Shown one piece after another: positions 29,376-43,455 of a stretch of DNA of 64,000 bases (position 1 is the stretch's first letter; each line of letters starts with the position of its first letter). The DNA is from the human T2T-CHM13v2.0 reference genome, Homo sapiens. Both the position numbers and the translations under genes were made by a program. The stretch lies in assembly GCF_009914755.1 (NCBI RefSeq), contig NC_060929.1; one strand, written 5' to 3'. Below the pieces are notes generated by a model. That model had not been told where the DNA came from. It searched no databases and saw nothing but the letters and a program-made list of their open reading frames with translations.

Positions 29376-31600
29376 TATGAATATGTTGAACTTGCCAGAG
29401 CTCCAACATTACCAAGACACTTTTTTGGACATCCCTGGAGAAGGTAGTGAAATGGATACACAGATCAACCTTCTCCCTCCCAAGGGTAGCAGAGTGCTGG
29501 GAATTTTTTGTCTTTGCTCTATGCTGAGCAACAGGAAGGATCTATGGTGCTTAACAGCCCAAGCTGCTGTCTGTGTTCTCTATCAGAGCTCCACGGTCAG
29601 CAAAACAGAATCTAGTCCCTGCTGAGGTCCCTTGGAAAATTTGGGGTGCTGGATGTACAAATTACACTCGCTCCCTGCCCTTAGAAAAGGTTGTAGCTTA
29701 GGGGTTCCCTTCTTGATTGTACAGTGCTGTGCTCGGTGTAAGGATTCTGTCAAGAGTGTGTCCCAAATCTCCCTACTGGCTTCGGTGAGTCTAGCTTAGT
29801 GTTTGCCTGGGATGTGGAGCCTTTCAGTAAGTTTCTGGATTTCTTACAAAGAGAATTTGTCTATGAATTGTTGATAAATTCATATGTTTGTAAGGGGGAA
29901 AAGGGTGTTCCTACTCTGGCATCTTGCTGGTATTATTTCCTACTAATGCTTAATTTTTATTTGGTTGTTTTACCACTTTATGAGATTGGTAAGTTCTGAG
30001 TTAGATAAAATTGTTTGTACTGGAGAGGGGTTGATATAGACAATAGGAAACTTTACTAAGTTATTTCATCACCTTTATTTCCCATGATTACTATAAAAGC
30101 ATTTTGGATTTGTATTTCTTTTTGCTACAGTGTTTCATTTAAGAGTATTTCAGACAATCTTTTATAAAGCTAAATGCTCACATATGTCTTTGCACTTACA
30201 TTTAAGTAATAGTTTAGCTGGATATTACATTTGAGTTATAATGCTAATTTTCTTTAACATTTTGAAAATATTATTGCATTGTATACCAGTACCCAGTGCT
30301 GTTAAAAAGTCTGATATCAATCAGATTTCAGTGGTTTTCTGTCTTGAAACTTAAAAAAAAATCTTTATCTTTGATGTTCTTAAATTTCACTACAATATGC
30401 CAACATGAGGGTTTTATTCCTATCTATGTGGCGATCTATAAGTGTTTCCTGAGTTCTCTCTTCTTTCTTTAATTCTAGAAAAGTCTAATTTTTTTCTTCA
30501 AAAATATTTCTCCTTCCATGTACTTATTTACTTTTTTCCTTTAAGCACTCTTGATTGAAATATTACCATATTGGCTTTTCTAATTGTATCCTATGTATTT
30601 CTTAACTCTTCCTATATATTTTCTTTTTTAAAAAAACTCACCTGATGCGTTCTATGAAAGTTCTTACATTAAATATTTTGGATCTTTAAAATTTTTCTAC
30701 TGTATTTTTTCTGTTATTCAGCTCACCTACTGCATTTTTTATTTAAACAATTATTTTCTTTATACCTGGTGCTGAAGATTGGTTTTCCCTTATGTCTGCT
30801 TTTTCTGCTTTATATTAAATATCCTACAAATGTCCTTTTTCACCACTTTTATGATATTTATTGATCTTATTTTAAGTGCTTGTTCTCTCCGATCTATTAA
30901 TTTATTTTGGTTTGGTTGTTACAGATTGTTCCATATATTATCTTTCTCTTATTGCAGTTATGTTTCTCAGATGTCTTGTTATTTTTACTAGACAACTCTT
31001 ACTGCTCTGGGATTATTAAGTACTTTGGCTGAAAGTATGTACTGGGAGAAAGTTTAAAGTCCAGAACATGGCTGACATCCCTCCTGGTGAGTGTGGTGGT
31101 GGAGACAGGGTACTCCTCAGGGCGGTAAGCCTCTTGGGTTGCTATATTGGCTCAATCACTATGTTTGCCTCATTTGCTTTCTTACAAGATGACCCTGAAT
31201 CTCAGGCACTCTCCCTTTTCCTTTGCCATAAACTCTACTCTTCCTCAACAAAAAGCTGTGCTATAATTACTTAGTCCTAGGATGTGCAGGAGATTATATC
31301 TGGGTAAGGAATGATGGGCCACCCTGATAATATCCCATTGACTCCATTATAGGTGCTGCTGTTTCTCTGGCTTTCAGGTGATGTGGAGAACTGGCCACCT
31401 AGGTCTATATGGAATAGAAAAAACATTAAGAAGCAGTTCCTCAGCCTGTTCCTTACATGAAGTGTTCAGCTGTCATCTGCTACTGCCTGTAATTCTCACT
31501 GTTTCTAATATGCACCTGCACCAAATGATCTTGCCTTTACTTTTAGCATCTCAGATCTATAATTCACTTTTATGTTTTTGATGTATCTCTGATGTTGGGT
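29376..31600 (-). mobile_element. Further old L1-derived fragments (ORF1/5' region)
   Basis: T-rich antisense L1-like composition, e.g. atagtttagctggatat…ttgaaaatattattgcattgt. Confidence 0.5.
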
Positions 31601-33230
31601 TTGAGAAGAATTGGAACAGACACAGAATTAAGGTTTCCTTTGGGGAGAAAAGTGAAGGTGGCAACCAAGGAGTGGTTGAGCCCAGATTATATCAGCAGAT
31701 AAGTCCATCCGCCCAAGTAACTTCCAGGAATGGCTAGGATGTTGAATATAGCTTTTCTCTCAGTATCAGTGTTAGTTCCTTACCTTGTCAGAAATCAGAA
31801 ATCTCTCCATTCAAGTTTTAGAGATGATTTCTATTTATTTCTATTAGCTGATGTAGTGAGGCTGAATGGTTTAGTGCTATAAAGAACATTAGGCCTCTTG
31901 GAGAAAAATAAAAGAAGTACTAAAAGTAGCAATATTTCTAAAAGTAGGTTTTATTTAACTCAGAAAATTGGAAATGTAATTATCTGTGAGGAAGAACCTA
32001 GGAACAGCTAAATTCAGATGGGTAAGATTTCCTTATTCTATGGAATACTATCAATTCATTAGCATAATCATTATATTATCTCCATTTCTCATCTGTACTC
32101 CATACAAGATAAATATTTGTGCAAGACATATAAATAGCTGTTGCATGTGCTAACTGACAATGACCTTGGATTCCCGGTGCAGCTAGTCCAAGTCCCACAG
32201 AGCAGCAAAACACCAAGCCAAATCCTACAAGTTTCAGAATCACTTATGAAGACACAGCATTTGTTAGTGGGTTTTTTTTTTTCTTTTTGTGCTGCTCGTC
32301 TACGCTAGAGAAGTCTCAATGTTGCTAATCATCAAGCATGGTTTCATCATGAGAAAAGGGCAAATGATACTTACTGCTCAGCCAGTTACACTTACTAATT
32401 AGCACATGTGACCTATCCCAAATGCACACATTTTTAATATCTCATTGCCTGCTAATAACCTTCAGAGGCACTGAAGTACTCATGGAGCCTTCAGGAAGCC
32501 CGGAACAGGAAACCACACCAAATAACTCCATGAGGGAACACAGCATTTACCAGCTGGGTATTTTTAGGTCTGCAGGGAGGTAGGGTTTGTAACACAGTGC
32601 CAAAAAAGTAAGCTGTTTTGCAGAGAGGAAGATGGTGTTACCTTTCCACAAAGTGAAATGTGAGAGGATGCAAGGGTGTGGGGCATGTATCCTCACTGTT
32701 CTTGTGGTGATTCCATCTGCAACACAATTGCTTTAAGGGCCTGGGAAAATCTGTAGAAGCTTTAGATCTGTGATTTCTTCATTTCTCTCTCTCTCTTTTT
32801 TTTTTTACATTAAAATCCTGAGGCTGTTAACTCTCAAAACTGATGGAAAGAAAGGAAAGGGAAAAGGAAAGGAGGGAGGGAGGAAGGAAGGTGGGACGAA
32901 AGGATGGTAATAGTAAATGAATTCTTGTAATGAGAATTTTTCTGTGCATGTATAAGGAGTTTAAGTAAATATTTTGATAATAATAGGGTATGTTTTACTT
33001 ACTGCCATTTTCTCGCTTCAGTTTAGTGGCTAGCCATCAATACAGAAGGAAAATGGGAGGGAAATGTGATTTAATTTCTATGAAAACTCATGCTGATGAC
33101 AGGGCATTAAAGGGAGCTTTGGGAGAGAAGTGCACTTACACCTGTAGGTGTCCCCTCCCACATTGGAACTCTGTATGGCAGCTTTCTGCTCCTTCAGATG
33201 AACTCTGGATTCTGTAACTGGCCCACCTAC

Positions 33231-33341
33231 CTTTCATTGCAAGGTTCACAGCTTCTGCAAGCTCGACACTGGTGACCTCAGTGCCATTGACAGCCAGTAC
33301 CGCATCTCCAATCTGGAGCCCGGCTTTCTTGGCGGCACTGT
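33231..33341 (-). pseudogene. PDZPH1P: 111-nt exon for the C-terminal half of a PDZ domain, SAAKKAGLQIGDAVLAVNGTEVTSVELAEAVNLAMK
   Basis: Acceptor gtctgtctactcacag|AC and donor AAG|gtaggt. Matches the PDZ alphaA-betaD-betaE-alphaB signature (SxAxxAGLxxGDxxLxVNG). Open frame, phase 1-1, locally CpG-retaining. Confidence 0.9.
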
Positions 33342-34497
33342 CTGTGAGTAGACAGACAACAACAGTCTCATTGAGGGAGGGTCCCAAATGGAGTACCCTG
33401 CTATTTGTCCTCTTTTTAAAAGGCTCTTTCTCTGAAGGGCCTTTCTTTCCAACTTTAGACAATTGCCGATGTCATTAATAAGAAGGAAAATGCTCTCCTT
33501 GCAGCCTCCTTTTCATTTCCAGGACGCGGTTTCCTCACACATTCAGCCAGGCTGCTGCGTGGCCTCTTTGCAATATAATAGCAAAGCTGCTCAGAAACTC
33601 AATCTATTCATCCGGCAGAAGGTTGAACTGCTAGTTCTCATTCCCTCATTGCTGCTAGGTTTCTTTGTAACCCTGAGAAAATCATTTAACCTCAATATCT
33701 CCATCTATAAAGAGGGGGGTGGGAGCAGAGCTTCTCTGCAGGATTGTTGAGAGAACAAGTAATTGAAATACTTATGAAGTTGTGGCAAAAACAGATCCTG
33801 GAGTAGTGAGGGGAAAAAAGAAATCAAGAGCTGCTTTTACTTTCATTGTATAGGCTCCTTTCTGAGCCATCTCAGAAAGGAAACCAAAAATAGCCTAAGC
33901 CTAAGGACTTAGGCATTGGAAGATGGGAGGGGCCTTTCCAGAGGTTATTTATTTTATCCCATAGTTTTCTAGCACCTGCACTTACTGCAAAATACCTAAT
34001 ATTCTTAAGGCCTAAAAAAGGATCTAATAAACCATTTCAAGGCTAACTCATTTTTAATAAGGTCTCCCATATCTTTAACCAAAATTCTTCCTGCTGCAGT
34101 GTAAATCTATTTTTATTTTTTGCTTCAGTTTAAACCCATTTCCTCTTTCTTAGGACTCAGTGCTGGTTATATGTGTACTATTCATGGACTTCAAGAATAC
34201 TATGCAGTAATATCAGGCTTTTAGTATTTAGAATGTCATAAGCCTTATTAAAGAATTTTATTTTCAAAGTATGATTCAACAGATAGTGACTTAGAATATT
34301 TACAGTAATGACTATAGTTTGTCTAAATCTATCCATAGTAGGAGTCTTCTCTGCTTGGATAAGCAATGGCCCATCAATGTAGGAAGGTAGATAAAAAGTA
34401 ATAAATATTATGAATGATATTTTCATTCATAATATAATCCTCATAATGAACTAAAGTCTCATGGTGTGGTTGATCAATTGAATATGTTCTTCCATAG

Positions 34498-34573
34498 TGT
34501 TTTTTAGAGATAAGGTTTCACTATGTTGCCCAGGCTGGTCTCAAACTCCTGGACTCAAGGGGTCATTCTGCCT
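34498..34573 (-). mobile_element. Antisense Alu (J/FLAM) left-arm fragment
   Basis: tttttagagataaggtttcactatgttgcccaggctggtctcaaactcctggactcaag. Confidence 0.85.
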
Positions 34574-34845
34574 TAATCCTAGCACTTTGGGAGGCCGAGG
34601 CTGGTAGATCACTGGAGCCCAGGAGTTTGAGACCAGTGTGGGCAACATGGTGAAATCCAGTCTCTACAAAAAATACAAAAACCCGGTATGGTGGCATGTG
34701 CCTGTAGTCTTAGCTACTTGGGAGGCTGAGGTGGGAGGATCATGTTAGCCCAGAGTGGTTGAGGCTGCAGTGAGCCATGGTTATACCACTACACTCCAGC
34801 CTGGGTGACGGAAGTGAGACCTGGTCTCAAAAAAAAAAAAAAAAA
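34574..34845 (+). mobile_element. AluJ-like SINE, 5'-truncated, abutting the inverted fragment
   Basis: taatcctagcactttgggaggccgagg…gagacctggtctc followed by poly(A). Confidence 0.92.
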
Positions 34846-35419
34846 TAGAAATAGATTGAAGATTCATAACCAAAGGGTCAAATGTTAAAAGAGAAATGTA
34901 GAGCACTGAAGAAAAAATCTTGAAGAATAATTACCTTTAGGGAGAGACGGCAAAACAGGAGACAAAAAGCAACACAAAGAAGGAGCAGACGGACCTTACA
35001 GAGCATAGATGCAAGAGTATAAAATCAACAGAAGGCACGAGAAGCATTTCAAGATATAGGGAATAGTCAGCATTTCTATAGCAATGCCATAAAAGTAACC
35101 ATAGCATAGCATTTTTAATACTAGTTCATTCAAGAAGTCAAGAAGAATGAAGACTGAGGAAAGGTGATTAAATCTGAGGTGGGAGAGTAAATGATAACTA
35201 AAGAACTTCAAGAAGGATTATGGAAGTGGAAGGAAAATGTATGAGCCATTTGTGCTGGTGAATATATGTTAAATGATTGACTAGATTGCCTTTCTAGTAG
35301 ATAAACTACTATAATTAAAGGTATGTATCTAATAACAAATTGTCTCTCCTAAGTAAAATGTGTTTTCAAACAACAATCTTTTACTTAAGGAATCTATCAA
35401 TATGAAAGTAATTGTTTTT

Positions 35420-36300
35420 TTTTTTTTAAAAAAAACCTTTATTGAGATATACTGCACATACCATATACTTCACCCACTTAAAGTGTACAATTCAATGGTT
35501 TTTAGTATATTCAGGGAGTTGTGCAACCATCAACACCATCTATTTTAAAATAGTTTTTTGTCACTCTAGAAAGAAACTCCATAACCAATAGCAGTCATTC
35601 TCTATTCCTCCTAACCCCTCAGCCCCAGACAACAACTAATCTGCTTTCTGTCTCTATTGACTTGTCTATTGTGGACGTTTCATATAAACTGAATCATATA
35701 TATGTGGTCTTTTGTGTTTGGCTCTATTCACTTAGCATAATGTTTTCAAGATTCAGCTATGTCATAACCTGCACTATATTCCTTTTAATTGGTGAATATT
35801 CCATATAAGGACACAGCACATTTTGTTCATTCATTCGTCAGTTGAAGGGCACTTGGGTTATTTATACTTTACATTTTTTAAAAATAAAGCTGCTATGGAA
35901 ATTTAGGTACAAATTTTTCTGTGGACATATGTTTTCATTTGTCTTGAGTATATACCTAGGAGTGGAATTGTTAGATTAAAAGGTAACTCTACGTGTAACT
36001 TCTTGAGAAACTGCCAAACTGTTTTCCAAAGAGGCTACACAATTTTACATTCCCGCTAGCAGTGTATGAGTATTTTTGATTTCTCTACATTCTTGCCAAT
36101 ATTTGTTATTATCTGACTTTAAAAAAGTATGAAGTGGTCTAGTGTATGAAGTGATATCTCATTGTAGCTTTGGTTTGAATTTCCCTGATGACTACTGATG
36201 TTGAATGTTTTATCATGTGCTTATTGGCTATTTGTATACCTTTGGAGAAATGTCTATTCAAATCCTTTGCTCATTTTAAAATTTGTGTTACTTTGTATTA
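35420..36300 (-). mobile_element. L1MB-type 3' fragment
   Basis: ttattgagatatactgcacataccata…gtacaattcaatggtttttagtatattc…tatatacctaggagtggaattg. Confidence 0.85.
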
Positions 36301-38689
36301 TTCAGCTGTGAGGGCAAAAATGATTCTTGTTTGTAGAGGACTTATTTCTAGGGTATAACCCTTTTGAATAGTTCATTTTATTGTTTTTACCTTTAATTAT
36401 AAAGGGTGCAGACTATATTCATTTATTTCATAGTATAACTTGCAAATTTTCCCTTTATGTATTAATCATGGTGGGAGTTTGGGGCATTAGGTCTTCTTCA
36501 AAGAGGGAGATATTTTAAGGTGACCCTGTAATATACTACACACATATTTGCCCTATTTGATTCTGGTCTGGGAACAGATGGAAGTATTCAGCTTACATTG
36601 CACAGGAAGGTATAATATGAGGTGGTGGGAAAATGAGACTGATTTTCTAAATTTACATCTCCCTCCAATAGGATACTTTACTACACAGTTCTGTATTTAT
36701 TATAAAGAGCTAAATGCTGAGTTACTTCATCCTTTTATGCATATTTACATACAATACAGAATCTGAAAACCTTATAATTTCAAAGGGGGCTTGTATTTTT
36801 TATTTTAAAAATTGTATTATAACAGCAGCATTTTAAATTCTAGAGCTTTCAGAAAGATGGGTCTATCCATAATTTCCTCTACGGTTTGCTCTTCTCTAAA
36901 TGTATAGTTTTCTTTTCAAATTTACTTAGTATCAAAGTTGGAACATCTGTTTCTTTTGTTTATGCCAACAGATCTCAGAAGCATTTAGGCTTTCATAGAA
37001 AATGTTCATGCAAATGCCATCGGGTGTGGGCAATTCGTTATGCAAGCTACTAGCAAGCTCAGTTTCTGTATACTTATGGATAATCATTTCCATCCCACCT
37101 ACAGGTCTCTTTGCTTTATCTTTTTATCTTCAGTGTGTAATTAAACCTCTCTAGTGCATCCAGAACAATGTTTTGTGGTGTGAATAAGATTCTCAGAAGT
37201 GCTGAAAATATGTGTAATTTTAAAGTCCCTCAACCCCTCATTTAGTATATTTGACTAGACAATGGATTTCAGAGGGTACTCTTCAGCACAGAGGAATACA
37301 TTTTTTAAAAAGAGAAGTAGACTCAGCAGCCACATGAATCCCTGCCAGGGCAGCATTTTCTATGTTGAATAAAATCCTAGGTTAACTAGGTATTGTACCA
37401 TTTCTTCTATAGTAAAGTTGCCTCAGCTCTTCCTATTACAAAGCCTCAGGGCCTCCTAAATATGAAGTCATCTGCAATGCAAATATTTGTATTTGTTTCA
37501 CATTGAATACATGAGATACAGTTAACTATATCAGTTGAACAGTTGCAAAGGTATCAGCAATTAAATAAGTCATAACATTGTATTAAACTGCATTTATTTT
37601 ATCTAGAAAGACAGGCACAAAAAGGTGTGTCAAGATTTTGGATATTTTGAAAAAATCCAGTGAACTTATTAAGTCAGACCAGTATGACTTTTAAAGGGTA
37701 ATCATTATTTATATTCCTTCTAAATTTCCTCGTTTCTTTAAGACTGATCTTGTGAAGTCAGAAGTTGAGAGAGGAAAGGAGAGAAGAGGTAAATATAGAG
37801 AAATGGGAAAGGAGAGAGAGAAAAAAACAGGAAGAGAAGAAGGGAGTGGGGAAGTGTGAAACATACATTAATAAAGTCTCCATGAATAAACATTTATTTT
37901 GTTAAAGCCAGATTCCTTTTAAAAATTCAGAAGCCCTATTATGATTTTAAAAATTTGCCTGTCTTTGTGTCTTTAAAGAGAAATAATATGACACACAATT
38001 GTTTTTTGTTCTTGTTCATTCAAAAGGTATTAAGGGGCCAACTAAGGTTGACCTTGGACAAAATTTGCAATCTTTATCTTCTGTCATCTGAGTCCTGTTA
38101 CCAAGTTTCTCTTCAGCCCTCTTTCCCCATTTGTGGTCTACACTTCTACTCCTAAATTTCATCATTTGGGAAATTTCACTGACTGCCCTAACCATTTAAG
38201 AAATTATTTGCTAAATAATCATCTATATATTTGATTAACTGATAAAACTTTAATTGAAATTCATTCACATCAAAGTAAAAATATACCCATGTACTTGCAT
38301 TTTAATCTAATTAGAGAGTAAAAGGCTGTTTATCTGGATAAAATAATTATCAGCTTAGTAACTTGGCCCTTTGCTTTCCTATAAATATTTTAGAATCAAA
38401 TTGATAATTTTAAAAGAATGAAAAACCCCAAAGCTTAAACGAAACACGTACTCTCCTAGAATACAGATTGAAATGTGAAGAATTTACATCTTTAAATATT
38501 AAGATTTAAGAACAATGAATGTATTTTTCCTGTTGTTAATTTAGGTATTTTATTTTAAAATTTATTTCTATATTGTTTTATTTTCAAAGTAGTATTCTTC
38601 ACATTTTAATTAGAATTATTCCTACCAATTTGCTTCCCCCTCACCTCCCTATCCTCAGGGCTTTCTATTCTATACCTTTTGTGGCAATC

Positions 38690-39120
38690 TTAGATGTCCA
38701 CCATCCAGCTCTACCTGCTGCGAGGGCTGAAATTGACTCAAACCCTTCAACTGCCACCCTTATCCATCTTGCCTCACACTGAGGCCATGTTCTTCCTGAG
38801 CTGCTTCCAGCCAGTGACTGAATTTGGAGGGGCTGTTAGAGTCAGGCTTTTGCTGGCCAGTCTCTAAAGGACCCTCTGTTCTGGGACTCCCTATTGGTCT
38901 GTCTCAGAATTTCTCAGGGCCACACTGCAGTTCAAGGCTCTTGCCCAACCCTGTTTCTTTTCTCGTCCTCTTTTGCAGGTACCAAAATGACATGCATCGG
39001 GGTCCGAAGGTTGTTCTGCCCATTCACACTCTGTTCCCTTTGCTGGGCACAGTGATTTCCTCTAATCTCTTGTGCATCTATTTTCATCTGGATGTCTATT
39101 TGTCAGATGACAGAAATTAA
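38690..39120 (+). mobile_element. ERVL solo LTR (LTR16-like)
   Basis: gaggccatgttcttcctgagctgcttccagccagtgactga…ctaatctcttgtgcatcta. Confidence 0.6.
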
Positions 39121-40099
39121 GAAAAAGTAACTCCCTCTGCTACTTTAAAGAAGTTTGTAATTTCCCAATATTTTTGTAAGTCATGAGAAGAGCAAAAGGG
39201 ATCAACAACACATGAGTAGGGACTGCCTTTCAATAGGAGAAGGAGAAAGGGGGACACAAGTACAAATTCAAGTACATTTGAAGGTGTACAGGTGGGATTT
39301 CTGATAAATAGAAAATAGAGACAGGAAATAGTCAAGAAGATAATACATGCTTGCAAGTCTGAGGCAGGCTCAAGCTGGGGAAGAAAGGAAGCTTTACATT
39401 GGATAAGGATTCAGAAATTTTGATTATTATACTAGACTGACCTGTAGTTCTATGATTATTAGACTGGACTGGACTTCTAATGACAAAACAAAGGGTGATG
39501 CCTTTATTGTCTAAGAGAGACTACAAAAATCAGGATTCATCCCAGAACTCACACAGAGAGGGAGGAATGGATTAGCAAGGCAAGTTAAATGGAGAGATTT
39601 GAGAATAAGTTGTTTTATGTAATACACCAGCTGAACCCTGCTCATTCCATAAACAGTTAAATATTTGAGACAATGTTAGTTCAGCTGTGTAGCTAAGAAG
39701 AGCTCATATGCTATTTATTGTATTTAATATTTTTCTTAATAGTTGAGAATAAACTAGGTCAGAATCAAGTCATAAAAAATTCAAAGGCAATTCTTTGATA
39801 GGAATGACAGGATTTTTAAAGAAAGTGATTAGCCTTCAAGTACTGTTATACCAAGAAGAGGCAAAACACTTCATTTGTAGACACTAGGTGGTGAGTTGTT
39901 CGTGTGAGTGTTGTTTATTACTCATTTGGTGCAGAGTGTTACTGTGTCAGTATGGCTTGAGTCTGAGAGGTCAGAGGTCTTCTCCCAATACCCTCTTTTC
40001 TTCCCCATTATGTACTAACTCATGGAAGTTAGTACATCACTCCACCCTCAGGTCCAGGGTGGGCCCTGGTTTTCTGGTAACTCAATCAGGACAATTCTA

Positions 40100-40450
40100 T
40101 TCCCCCTGTATTTAGCCTAAGTGAAATAGCTCACAGTGGTCCCCAAGGGACATGGCAAAATGATGACATCTGAGGTTTGAAGTCTGTCTCCACTCTCTTT
40201 CTGACTCTGTGATTTGCGATATGAAGGGTGAAACTGCTGAGATTGTTTTAAATCCAGATGGAAAGCTTGCAACACCAAGGAAGGAGGTGAAAGAAATTAT
40301 GCTTTTGATGAAAAGTTTGAGCCACCCAAACAAAATAAAACCCGTGCTATTTCCAAGCCTTCAACTTTTGTGAGTCAGTCCATCCCCTTCATTGCTTAAC
40401 ACACTGTGAGTCAGATTTTCTGTTGCAACAGAAAATCCTAACTGATATAA
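40100..40450 (+). mobile_element. Old MLT1-type MaLR LTR fragment
   Basis: 3' end gtgagtcagattttctgttgcaacagaaaatcctaactgatata. Confidence 0.55.
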
Positions 40451-40627
40451 ATCATAGCAAAATAACTAGTTGTAGAAATAAAAATTCTGAGATCTGAATC
40501 CTGCTATTCCCATGATTATAGCTATATAACAATAGGCTAGTTTAATTACATAATGGCTTAATATATTCGTCTGTTAAATGGAAGTGATAATATCAAGTTT
40601 CGAGTTCTATCGTATAAATTACATGGA

Positions 40628-41975
40628 CCAATCCTACTCAAACTATTCCAAAAAATAGAAGAGGAGGGAATACTTCCAAACTCATTCTACAAGGCCAGTA
40701 TTACCCTGATACCAAAACCAGACAAAAACACATCAAAAAAGAAAACTATAGGCCAATATCACTGGTGAACATTGATGCAAAAATCCTCAACAAAGTACTA
40801 GCAAACCAAATTCAACAACACGTTAAAAAGATCATTCATCATGACCAAGTGGGATTTATCCTAAGAATGCAAGGATGGTTCAACATATAAAAATCAATCA
40901 ATGTAATACATCATATCAACAGAATGAAGGACAAAAACCATATGATCATTTCAATTGATGCTGAAAAAGCATTTGATAAAATTCAACATCCCTTCAAGAT
41001 AAAAATCCTCAAAACGCTGGGTATAGAGCATACATCAACATGATAAAAGCCATACATGGCAGATACATAGCTAATATCATACTGAATGGGGAAAACCTGA
41101 AATCTTTTCCTGTAAGATCAGGAACATGACAAGGATGCCCACTTTCACCAATGTTATTCAACATAGTACTGGAAGTCCTAGCTAGAGAAATCAGAGAAGA
41201 GAAATAAATAAAGGGCATCCAAATTATTCTTCTTTGCAGATGATATGGTCTTATATTTGGAAAAACCAAAAAACTCAACCAGAAAACTATTAGAACTGAT
41301 GAACAAATTCAGTAAAGTTGCAGGATACAAAATCAACATACAGAAATCAGTAGCATTTCTATACGCCAACAGCAAACAATCTGAAAAAATGAAATCTAGA
41401 AAGTAATCCAATTTTCAATAGCTACAAATACAATAAAATATCTAGAAAATAACCAAAGAAGTGAAAGATCTCTACAATGAAAACTATATAATACTGATGA
41501 AAGAAATCGAGGAGGACACAAAAAAATGAAAAGATACTTTACATTCATGGATTGGAAGAATCCATATTGTTAAAATGCCCATACTTCTCAAAACAATCTA
41601 CAGATTTAATGTAATCCCTATCAAAATACCAATGGCATTCTTCATAGAAATAGAAAAAAAAATCCTAAAATTGACATAGAACCACAAAAGACCCAGAATA
41701 GCCAAAGCTATCCTAAGCAAAAAGAACAAAACTGAAGGAATCACATTACCTGATTTTAAATTATACTAGAGAACTATAGTTCCCCAAATGGCATGGTACT
41801 GGCACAGAAACAGACACATAGATCAGTGGAATAGAATAGAGAACCCAGAGATAAATCAATATGCTTACAGAGAACTCATTTTTGACAAAGGTGCCAAAAA
41901 TGTACATTGTAGAAAGGACAGTATCTTCAATAAATGGTGCTGGAAAAACTGGGTATCTATATGCAGAAGAATAAT
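40628..41975 (+). mobile_element. Internal L1 ORF2 (reverse transcriptase region) fragment, L1PB/L1MA-like, disrupted
   Basis: Encodes [24 protein letters not shown], GTxQGCPLSP, LFADDM and [16 protein letters not shown] with stops and indels. No 3' tail is attached. Confidence 0.93.
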
Positions 41976-42494
41976 CTGAGATCAGTGCTTTGAAAAAATT
42001 GGAGCCAGAACAGTGAGGTTGGTAGAAATATAAGATAAAGATATCCACACCCACCATGGTGCCAGAGGGGAGACCTAACAAAGTTATGACAAAGAGAACC
42101 CAGGACCACCAGGGTGTTTCTGAATTACATTATAGTCAGTTATTTGTTTGTCTGTCTCCTGATCTGGACTGTGAGTTCCCAGTCAGAAACTGTATCTTAC
42201 CCATCATTTCATCCTCGTGCAGTATCCCAGAGGCAACAGAGTAGATACCCTAAAAATGCCTGTTGAGTGACTGTGAGAGCCCTGTGTACCTGAAAGCTGA
42301 GACAGCATGGGGCAGACGGAGGGGGGAGTACGACCTCAGGAGGATTACAAGCCTTCCTGCTTTGCCCTTATGCCCCAGCGCCTTATCTGGCCTCATTGTT
42401 ATCCAGGGTCGCATTTCATTTTCCTTTGTTGTCAGATTCAGGGTTCCTCTGTTGCATGCCCTGCGATTCCATTAAGAATCTACTCTCATATCCA

Positions 42495-42680
42495 TAAATT
42501 ATTTGGTTTCCCACTACATATAAAAGTTAGGTTTACATTTATGTAGTCTATTAAGTGTGTAATAGCATTATGTCTAAAAAAGCACAATGTACATACTTTA
42601 ATTTAGAAATATTTTATGGCTAAAAAATGCTATCGTAACAATCATCTGAGCCTTTAGCCAGTACTCATTTTTTTTGCTGA
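42495..42680 (-). mobile_element. Tigger1-like (TcMar) DNA transposon fragment
   Basis: tttggtttcccactacatataaaagtta…agtctattaagtgtgtaatagcattatgtctaaaa…atcatctgagcct matches the recalled Tigger1 subterminal sequence. Confidence 0.75.
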
Positions 42681-43182
42681 ATACTTTAAGTTTTAGATTC
42701 AAAATCCCATGCTTATTTTTCAATGAATGGCTAAGGTTAATTCATTCATATTATGTGACTATACATAAGTATTCTAAATGTGCAAAATACAAACCTTGTA
42801 TTCTCTTATGTATGTGTAGAAAACTCATTCAGATTTACAACTTTTCCTAGATAAAATCCTCCACTGTTGAATTTCATGTTTATAAGAAAAAACTAAGGTT
42901 ATATTTTACTCTACAGTTAAATGATATTGTATATAACAATGATTACATCTTAGCAGTACAAGTGAGGTTAAGATTAAACTAAGCACATATTGATGTTTGT
43001 ACTGAAAGTATTATGTACCTCTTCATAGAGCCTGTCATATTCTCAAACATCTTTAGCAACTCCCCTTAGTGCCTGGAACATATTAGGCATAGTGTTTGTT
43101 AAATTCATGATTGTATAATTTAAAGTATGCTTTTCAATCTGAATCCACGATGTCTTGAGGCAAATTATTTATTATTTATGTC

Positions 43183-43455
43183 ACTGCATATTCTCACTTG
43201 TAAGTGGGAGCTAGACTATGGGTACCCAAAGAGAGACCTAGTGGCATAATGGACTTTAGAGACTCAGAAGCAGGAGGTTGGGAAAAGATCGAGGGATAAA
43301 AAGCTACATATTGGGTACAGTGTACACACTACTCGGGTGATGGATGTGCAGTCTCAGGTTTCAGCGCTACACAATTCATTCGTGTAACCAGAAATGACTT
43401 GTACCACAAAAGCTACTGCAATAAAATATATATTATTTAAAAAATAAAATAAATA
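43183..43455 (+). mobile_element. L1 3' end (L1PB/L1MA-like) with an A-rich tail
   Basis: ctgcatattctcacttgtaagtgggagcta…gggtacagtgtacac…gtaaccagaaatgacttgtaccacaaaagctactgcaataaaa. Confidence 0.85.

Noticed and set aside
33136-33462. 108-aa ORF as a standalone PDZ protein
   Set aside because: Only 33231-33341 is PDZ-like and splice-bounded. The flanks are intronic read-through from a non-ATG start.
42280-42490. CpG-containing patch with a GGATTA site, as a promoter or the missing PDZ exon
   Set aside because: It is too short for a CpG island, and no frame gives a PDZ betaA-betaC sequence.
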